64,000 nucleotides of DNA from Candidatus Woesebacteria bacterium (GTDB taxonomy: Bacteria > Patescibacteriota > Microgenomatia > UBA8517). This document shows, in pieces, positions 57,726 to 64,000 of this stretch. Position numbers and translations under genes: made by a program. A model generated the notes under the pieces. It worked only from the letters and a program-made list of their open reading frames with translations. It searched no databases and was not told the DNA's origin. Position 1 is the stretch's first letter. Each line of letters starts with the position of its first letter. The stretch spans positions 1,444-65,443 of the forward strand of contig JAFGPD010000010.1 of the NCBI GenBank assembly GCA_016926185.1, read 5' to 3'.

Positions 57726-58688
57726 ATGGCACAAAGAAGGTACAGACATAGAAAAAGACATCTTCAGGAGAGAGAAAAAAGAAGAGCTGAGAGCGCTTTG
57801 CACCGCAGGGAAAGATTGGGTCAAAGAATGAAAAGGCAACTAGTTCGTGCTCAGGAGAATGAAATTACCGAATATCATATTTATAAAAAACTAGCCGATA
57901 TTGTCAAAGATGAGAATATCGAAAATAGTAAGGTCTTAGAAAAAATTGCAGAGGAGGAAAAGAAACATTCCGAATTTTGGAAAGGGTACACCGAAGAGGA
58001 TCCAAAGCCGAAAAGATTTAAAATATTTTTCCATAATATTTTAGCAAGACTTTTTGGACTTACATTTTCGGTAAAGTTGATGGAGCAGGGTGAAGAGCTT
58101 GCCCAGGTGAATTATTCTGAAATAGCCAAAGAGATTCCTGAGGCAGAAAAGATTGAAAAAGAGGAGGGTGAACACGAGAAAAAATTGCTGGGACTTTTGG
58201 ATGAAGAGAGATTGAAGTATGTCGGATCAATGGTGTTGGGAGTAAATGATGCATTAGTCGAGCTGACTGGAGCGCTTGCTGGTCTTACATTGGCATTCCA
58301 AAATACAAGATTAATTGCTCTAACAGGACTCATTACAGGGATCGCAGCATCTCTGTCAATGGGAGCATCGGAATATCTTTCGGTAAAGGCTGAAGATAAA
58401 GAAAAAGAGCCTGTAAAAGCATCCATATATACGGGAGGTATGTATGTTGTTACGGTGATGATCTTGATCTTTCCTTATTTTATTTTTACGAACATTTATT
58501 ATTCACTTGCCCTTACCCTTTTTAATGCAATATTTATAATTTTGCTTTTTACTTTTTATATTTCGGTTGCCCAGGACCTGCCTTTCAAAAAGCGATTCTT
58601 TGAGATGGCAGGGATTTCTCTTGGAGTTTCTGCTCTAACTTTTGGTATTGGTTATATTGTAAGAAATACTTTTGGTATTGATATGTAG
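57726..58688 (+). CDS. VIT1/CCC1-family iron transporter with N-terminal ferritin-like (erythrin) domain
   Basis: ENEITEYHIYKKLA...EEEKKHSEFW (ferritin-like); membrane part GSMVLGVNDALVELTGALAGLT...GASEYLSVKAE typical of VIT1. Confidence 0.65.
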   Translation: MAQRRYRHRKRHLQEREKRRAESALHRRERLGQRMKRQLVRAQENEITEYHIYKKLADIVKDENIENSKVLEKIAEEEKKHSEFWKGYTEEDPKPKRFKIFFHNILARLFGLTFSVKLMEQGEELAQVNYSEIAKEIPEAEKIEKEEGEHEKKLLGLLDEERLKYVGSMVLGVNDALVELTGALAGLTLAFQNTRLIALTGLITGIAASLSMGASEYLSVKAEDKEKEPVKASIYTGGMYVVTVMILIFPYFIFTNIYYSLALTLFNAIFIILLFTFYISVAQDLPFKKRFFEMAGISLGVSALTFGIGYIVRNTFGIDM

Positions 58689-58886
58689 TTCAATTTTCTT
58701 TGCCAAATTATTCTGACAAGTCATTCTAGTAGCAATTTTTAAACGACTTTTGCAGCAACTCTTTTTGTACTATAATTTTTGTGGCTATAATCTCATGATA
58801 TTCGTTTTTAGAGTATCTTAGATATAATATTTTGATAGGATTATTATTGTACATTTTTATTTTAAATTTTTAGGAGGTGAAAAAAC

Positions 58887-59156
58887 ATGAAAGTACTTAA
58901 ATTTGGAGCAGTTTGGTGTCCGGGTTGTCTTGTAATGAAGCCTCGTTGGAAAGAGATCGAGGAAGAAAACCCGTGGCTCAAAACGGAATATTACGATTTT
59001 GATGAGAATAAAGAAATGGTAGATAGATATCATATTGATAAAAATCTGCCAACCTTTGTTTTTTTGGACAAAAATGAAGAGGAGTTTCTTAGGTTGCAAG
59101 GCGAACACTCAAAAAAAGAGCTTGTAAAAATAATTAATGATAATAAAGATAAATGA
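58887..59156 (+). CDS. Thioredoxin-like protein
   Basis: AVWCPGC active-site motif; strong SD AGGAGGTG upstream. Confidence 0.6.
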   Translation: MKVLKFGAVWCPGCLVMKPRWKEIEEENPWLKTEYYDFDENKEMVDRYHIDKNLPTFVFLDKNEEEFLRLQGEHSKKELVKIINDNKDK

Positions 59157-60463
59157 GTATTTTTAAAAAGATAAGTACAATAATAGTGGCGGTTTTTCTT
59201 ATACTGATAGTTATTAAGCCAACAAATGCACAGGAAAAACACGTGAATGTGTATTTGTTTTGGGGAGATGGCTGTCCGCATTGTGCAAAAGAGAAGGAAT
59301 TTCTTCAAGCACTGGATGAAAGTAATCCAGAGGTAAATGTTTACTATTTTGAGATTTACTATAGCAGCGAAAATAGAAAGTATTTACAAGAAGTACAAAA
59401 AACTCTAGGAACAGATTCTAATGGCGTTCCTTATTCGGTAGTAGGAGATCAGTCCTTCGTTGGTTTTAGTCCAACAATAACCACAGAAGAAATTAAGAAC
59501 AGGATTATTTATTGCTATCAAAATGATTGCCCGGATTCTGTGGCTAGTATAGTAGGTATAGTTCCAAGGGTGGATGAACCTGTACCAACAAAAATCCCGG
59601 AAGATGATAATGGTGAGAATGATCATGATGGTTCAATTGATCTCTCTCAAAAGCAAGACGACCAAAATGAAGCTGATACAGGATCAGATGCTGATGACAA
59701 AGAAAATATAATTCCTGAAAAAATCGTTTTTCCCGTCATTGGAGAAATTCAGACCAAAAACCTTTCGCTTCCCGTTTTTACAATTGTCTTGGGTGTTTTG
59801 GATGGCTTTAATCCTTGCGCAATGTGGACACTTCTTTTCTTGATAAGTCTTCTGTTGGGTATGGAAAATAAAAGGAGAAGGTGGATATTAGGAACTGCTT
59901 TTATTATTGCTTCTGCTTTTGTCTATTTTTTGTTTATGGCCGCTTGGCTAAATCTTATTATTTTCGTTGGTTTCGTTGTTTGGGTCAGGATACTAATAGG
60001 ACTAGTGGCAATTGGTGGAGGAGGGTATAACCTAAGAGAATATTTCACCAATAAAGAAGCTGCCTGTAAAGTGACTGGATCTGAAAAAAGACAGAAAGTT
60101 TTTGAAAAACTTAAAAATATTACTCATCAGAAAAAGTTTATAATTGCCTTGGGTGGAATAATTTTACTTGCTTTTGCAGTTAATCTGGTTGAACTTATTT
60201 GTTCGGCTGGACTTCCTGTTGTGTTCACCCAAGTTTTAGCTTTGAGTGAACTTAGTAGAGTTACTTATTATGGATATATGCTTATGTATATCTTTTTCTT
60301 TATGATAGATGATCTTTTTGTTTTCTTTACAGCAATGATTACCTTGGAAATGACAGGAATAAGTACAAAATATAGCAGAGTTTCTAATCTTGTTGGGGGA
60401 GTACTAATGCTTACTATTGGTCTACTTCTTATCTTCAAGCCGGAAGTATTGATGTTTGGGTAA
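59153..60463 (+). CDS. Fusion of an exported thioredoxin-like domain and a CcdA/DsbD-type transmembrane thiol-disulfide transporter
   Basis: Signal/TM then WGDGCPHCAKE (CxxC); C-terminal 6-TM region with GFNPCAMWTL and ELICSAGLPVVF, matching the two conserved Cys of CcdA; ATGA overlap with the upstream trx gene. Confidence 0.55.
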   Translation: MSIFKKISTIIVAVFLILIVIKPTNAQEKHVNVYLFWGDGCPHCAKEKEFLQALDESNPEVNVYYFEIYYSSENRKYLQEVQKTLGTDSNGVPYSVVGDQSFVGFSPTITTEEIKNRIIYCYQNDCPDSVASIVGIVPRVDEPVPTKIPEDDNGENDHDGSIDLSQKQDDQNEADTGSDADDKENIIPEKIVFPVIGEIQTKNLSLPVFTIVLGVLDGFNPCAMWTLLFLISLLLGMENKRRRWILGTAFIIASAFVYFLFMAAWLNLIIFVGFVVWVRILIGLVAIGGGGYNLREYFTNKEAACKVTGSEKRQKVFEKLKNITHQKKFIIALGGIILLAFAVNLVELICSAGLPVVFTQVLALSELSRVTYYGYMLMYIFFFMIDDLFVFFTAMITLEMTGISTKYSRVSNLVGGVLMLTIGLLLIFKPEVLMFG

Positions 60464-60475
60464 AACTTAGAGAAG

Positions 60476-60500
60476 ATATTGCACTCCCGGAGTGCAATAT
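60476..60500. terminator. Bidirectional hairpin ATATTGCACTCC-c-GGAGTGCAATAT between convergent genes
   Basis: 12-nt perfect inverted repeat read directly. Confidence 0.45.
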
Positions 60501-60510
60501 TGTGGAATAC

Positions 60511-60897
60511 TCATTTATAATCAGGAGGGCAAGATGTCTTTTTATGGACGAGTTTTACTAAACGTTTTAATAATTCCATATCAAACTCTTCCACTGAGCG
60601 GACTTTGATATGTCTCATTGTTTTTCCGCTGCCTTCGAAATTTCTTATCTCTTCTTCAGACAATCCAGTAATTGCAAAGCCAATATGAATTCTCTCTTTC
60701 ATTGCAGCAATATAGAATTTCCCTCCATCGTATACAGGCACACCCCATCTGAATTCCTCTTTGCAGTTTGGAATAGTGTTCAATATTAATTCTCTTGATC
60801 TTTTGAGAAGTGTTTTTTTAATACTATCTTGTTTTTCAATATATACTTCAACCTTTTTGATCACGGGTAATAGTAAGGTGTATTTAATGATTATCAA
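60511..60897 (-). CDS. Hypothetical protein, possibly DUF1801/YdhG-like
   Basis: EFRWGVPVYDGGKFYIAAMKERIHIGF. Confidence 0.3.
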   Translation of the reverse strand: MIIIKYTLLLPVIKKVEVYIEKQDSIKKTLLKRSRELILNTIPNCKEEFRWGVPVYDGGKFYIAAMKERIHIGFAITGLSEEEIRNFEGSGKTMRHIKVRSVEEFDMELLKRLVKLVHKKTSCPPDYK

Positions 60898-60945
60898 TAC
60901 TAAAGTACAAAGATTTTATGTCTAAAGTAATTTAGTACTTTACAG

Positions 60946-61212
60946 TTAAAATTCTTCAGGGTCAGGGACAGAAACGTCTATTTTTCCAACGTTGTTAAGT
61001 AGTTTTTCTTGTTCAGAGTGGGTTTCTACTACGAAATTTCCAGTGGACCATCCGCGATGCCAATTACCATCGGGGGTTTTTACATCAGAACGTTTACTAT
61101 CCCTCCAAAAAATCATTTCAGTACCATCACTTGAACTGACGGCACGTATAATACCAAGTCTATCCCATTCTTTTTGTTGTGGATATTGCTCTTTACTTTC
61201 TACTCCTGCCAT
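60946..61212 (-). CDS. Hypothetical small protein
   Basis: 88-aa ORF, Trp-rich; no recognised motif. Confidence 0.3.
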   Translation of the reverse strand: MAGVESKEQYPQQKEWDRLGIIRAVSSSDGTEMIFWRDSKRSDVKTPDGNWHRGWSTGNFVVETHSEQEKLLNNVGKIDVSVPDPEEF

Positions 61213-61332
61213 TTTTCAGTTAATAAAAATGACCCCACCACATATAAATGTATCGTATTTTTTCGTGAAATATCAAGGGTTAATTATGAAAAATGCACAA
61301 GGACTGTTTATTTTGAGGTTTTGAAAAAATGG

Positions 61333-61797
61333 TTATAAGTATTGCTTTAATTTATTTGCGAATTTCATCCTGTCTTTAGGGTTGGACAGAATCTTATCTT
61401 TTGGCTGCAGGGATTCGAATTTGTCACCTTCGTATCTTGGAAAAACGTGAAGATGATAGTGGAACGCGTGCTGCTGACTTGCAGGTTCATTATTTTGTCT
61501 TATTGTGATTCCGTCGCATTTATAAGCATTTTTCATTGCGATTGAGATCTTTTTGGCAACTAGAAATATTCTTTGGCCAACATTATTAGGTAATTCGTAA
61601 ATATTTTCGTAGTGTTTATTCGGAACAATAATGACATGACCTTCACAAGTTGGGATCCAGAAAGAGTTTATATATGCGGTTACTACATCGTCTTTGTAAA
61701 CCTCATCAGTTAGCTTAAGGAGTGTATCTTTTCTTTCAACTCCAGAAAGACCAATGCAAATCGGGCACTTATAGTTTTTGGGCGCATGTCTAATCAT
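61333..61797 (-). CDS. HIT-family (histidine triad) nucleotide hydrolase/transferase
   Basis: HVIIVPNKHY...QHAFHYHLHVFPR (HxHxHxx triad); N-terminal CPICIG. Confidence 0.65.
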   Translation of the reverse strand: MIRHAPKNYKCPICIGLSGVERKDTLLKLTDEVYKDDVVTAYINSFWIPTCEGHVIIVPNKHYENIYELPNNVGQRIFLVAKKISIAMKNAYKCDGITIRQNNEPASQQHAFHYHLHVFPRYEGDKFESLQPKDKILSNPKDRMKFANKLKQYL

Positions 61798-61799
61798 GC

Positions 61800-62405
61800 T
61801 TGTATTATATAATACGAATGTATATGAAAATACTTTTTGTAAGACATGGGGAAAGTGTGGATGATATTGAAGATCGCTATGGTGGTTGGGCGGATTTTGA
61901 TTTGACAGAAAATGGGAAAAGGCAAGTTACTGAAACAGCTGATAAGATCTCTTCTTTAGATGAAAGGTTTGAAATTATCCTTTCCTCACCGTTGAAAAGA
62001 GCTGTTCAGGCAGCGGAGATAATTTCTAATAAACTCGATATTAAAGTGGAGATTTTTGAATATCTCAAGGAAAGGAATTTAAACGGTATCTTGACCGGGT
62101 TGATCAAAAGTGAAGCAAAGAAAAAATATCCTGATCAAGTAAGAAAGCATGAAAATTATGAATATGTAGATGCCAGTGAGAGGGCTGAAGATATGAATAG
62201 CAGAGTAAGAAACGCAATTGACATATTGTTAAAAAAGAAACTGAACTCATTAATAGCAGTGACTCATGGACTGTTTTTGACAGCTTTCTTTAAAGAAATG
62301 ATGAACATCAATATTTCTAAAGTTAGTGATGGAGGGTATGTGTTGGTTGAAGAGAAATACGGCAAATTTGATATTATCAAGGAAGACGGGATTGTATATG
62401 AATAA
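61800..62405 (+). CDS. Histidine phosphatase (phosphoglycerate-mutase-like) family protein
   Basis: ILFVRHGES RHG motif; later AVTHG. Confidence 0.65.
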   Translation: MYYIIRMYMKILFVRHGESVDDIEDRYGGWADFDLTENGKRQVTETADKISSLDERFEIILSSPLKRAVQAAEIISNKLDIKVEIFEYLKERNLNGILTGLIKSEAKKKYPDQVRKHENYEYVDASERAEDMNSRVRNAIDILLKKKLNSLIAVTHGLFLTAFFKEMMNINISKVSDGGYVLVEEKYGKFDIIKEDGIVYE

Positions 62406-62988
62406 TATTAAGGCAGTTATACTTGATGCTGATGGAGTTGTGATAAAAGATCATGAGTATTTTAGTGTTCGTTACAAAAGGGATTTTGGTAAATCACTGA
62501 AAGATGAAGTAATAACAAACTTTTTCAAAAATGAATATAAGAAAACTGCTGTAGGTAAAGCAGACTTAAAAGAGCTTTTGGAGAAAAGGTTGGACGAGTG
62601 GGGTTGGAAGGGAACAGTTGATGAACTTTTGAAATATTGGTTTGAGGGTGAGCGTGATGTCAATAAGAAGGTCTTAGAAATTGCTAAGAATTTGAGAGAA
62701 AAAGGTGTAAAAATAGGTCTTGCTTCGGATAATGAGAGATACCGCGCAGAATATTTGTTTGATGAGGTAGGATTGGAATACTATTTTGATTACATGTTCT
62801 TTTCTTGTTTTTTAGGTTTCACAAAATCAGATCCAAAGTTTTTCGAATACGTTATCAATAAGCTGAAATTCAAACCTCAGCAAATAATTTACTTTGATGA
62901 TGATCAGGAAAATGTCGATGTTGCAAAAGGTGTTGGTATTGACGCAAGACTTTATGAATCAGTATCTCAGCTGAGTGAATTATTGTGA
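62399..62988 (+). CDS. HAD-superfamily hydrolase
   Basis: Motif I VILDADGVV; ATG at 62399 overlaps the upstream stop (ATGAATAA); the longer ORF from 62326 is an artefact of the overlap. Confidence 0.65.
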
Positions 62989-63040
62989 TCAGGAAGTAGT
63001 TATATATTGATATGTAAGCCGGAATAAGTATTTACTAATA

Positions 63041-63280
63041 TTATTGATTTCTCCTATGATGTTCCGCTCGATCGGCAATATCGTCAGCTCTTTCTTCATG
63101 CATTTGACTTCTTGGAATATATTTACCTGAGGGAGTTTGAATGAGAGTATCCGGAACACCTTCTTTTGTTGTTCCGGGTGCAGTTTCACCTCTGGAATTT
63201 TCGATAAATGTCACTTGTTTGACACTGCCTCCACCGCCTTTTTCTGGTGCGTAATTAATATGTTTTTCAATATTCACCAT
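63041..63280 (-). CDS. Hypothetical small protein (Gly-rich, acidic/basic C-terminus)
   Basis: 79-aa ORF; no recognised motif. Confidence 0.3.
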   Translation of the reverse strand: MVNIEKHINYAPEKGGGGSVKQVTFIENSRGETAPGTTKEGVPDTLIQTPSGKYIPRSQMHEERADDIADRAEHHRRNQ

Positions 63281-63495
63281 GATAGATATGAAATGTTTCT
63301 TTTCGTATTATGAATATTATACTAATAATAAGTGAATTTTAGTAGGAAGTAATGATAGTCAAGGAAGTATTTAAGGTTTATTCAATCTTTTAGAAGATTC
63401 TAATCTTTTAAGGTCAGGGATTTGAGTTTACAACCAGGAATGGTAGCAGTGAACAAACTTTTCTTTCAAAATCAAGGATTTTAATCCTCGGTTGT

Positions 63496-63921
63496 TTATT
63501 TACGATCTTTAAATAAACCTATTCGATCATCTCGGTTGGTTGTAAACCAGCCTTCTTGTGGTAGATCAATTTCTTCTTTGGTTGTTCCCAAAGGGTACTT
63601 ACATAAGTCACAATAATAGGTTTTACCAAGATCTTCCCAAATTTGATCGTCATCTGTTCTTTCTGATAAAGATCTATATTGTCTTTCTTCTCTAGGTTTC
63701 AGGCCAACCCAACCACCACACTCTTTACAACGACATGCGGCTGAATGAGGCACATCCTTTCCGTTCTGATATCCTAACGCCAGTTCCAATGGTCCATTTC
63801 TGACTTGCCATTCTAATTCTGGATCTAAATTTTCATACAAAATACCGGAATTTCTTGCTTCGTTTCGTCGAAAATCCAATTGGCTCTTTGGAAATACAGG
63901 TCTATGTTCAATTTTGTTCAC
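63496..63921 (-). CDS. Hypothetical Cys-containing protein
   Basis: 141 aa; CRCKECGGW and CDLCKYP suggest a zinc-binding module. Confidence 0.35.
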   Translation of the reverse strand: MNKIEHRPVFPKSQLDFRRNEARNSGILYENLDPELEWQVRNGPLELALGYQNGKDVPHSAACRCKECGGWVGLKPREERQYRSLSERTDDDQIWEDLGKTYYCDLCKYPLGTTKEEIDLPQEGWFTTNRDDRIGLFKDRK

Positions 63922-64000
63922 TAGATGAATATTTGCTAATTTTATCAGTATTATTAGGCATTTTTAAAAAGAAATAGGATGATATTAAATATTTTTCAAA

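Noticed and set aside
1-64000. Search for CRISPR arrays, rRNA/tRNA genes, transposases or integrases
   Set aside because: No regularly spaced direct repeats, no tRNA cloverleaf candidates, no ribosomal RNA signatures and no recombinase/transposase motifs seen. The repeats present are promoter/gene duplications rather than IS elements.

Overview
A 64-kb low-GC bacterial chromosomal segment using the standard genetic code (TGA terminates ORFs). It has dense coding with many small genes and short, AT-rich intergenic regions. Housekeeping genes recognised from the translations include a DEAD-box RNA helicase, LonA protease, TruB, UppP/BacA, DgkA, an L,D-transpeptidase, a PAP2 phosphatase, MsrB, HPF, an alpha-glucan phosphorylase, a PQQ-type sugar dehydrogenase, an OmpR-type two-component pair, a CDF transporter, a Nudix hydrolase, a HIT protein, a histidine phosphatase and a HAD hydrolase. 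The gene content and size would fit a small-genome, possibly CPR/Patescibacteria-like, organism, but the lineage cannot be settled from sequence alone. The first ~11 kb is an accessory island. It carries an ArsR-type regulator with a perfect palindromic operator, followed by a type IV restriction-like module: an Mrr-catalytic-domain fusion protein, a GmrSD-like DUF262/DUF1524 enzyme and a small HD-domain protein. This module is bracketed by ~350-bp direct repeats, each carrying a conserved promoter plus a small coiled-coil protein gene. Downstream lies a run of small orphan genes, each preceded by a conserved TTTGACC(C)-N17-TAAAAT/TATAAT box placed only a few nucleotides from the ATG, implying leaderless transcripts. 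Other notable items are two DUF4258 toxin-like small genes, a solitary Cas4-like Fe-S PD-(D/E)xK nuclease with an overlapping 28-codon upstream ORF and leader hairpin, and a VanW-like protein with a twin-arginine signal. A multi-TM vWA protein and a 1127-aa polytopic membrane protein share a Gly-rich GTFNLSP motif. There is a 1736-aa alpha-2-macroglobulin-like protein that appears to lack the thioester motif, followed by a MEMO1-family gene. A ferritin-like/VIT1 fusion, a thioredoxin and a thioredoxin-CcdA fusion form a redox/iron cluster. I saw no rRNA, tRNA, CRISPR array, transposase or integrase. All calls are from reading the translations and sequence by eye; no database searches were run.
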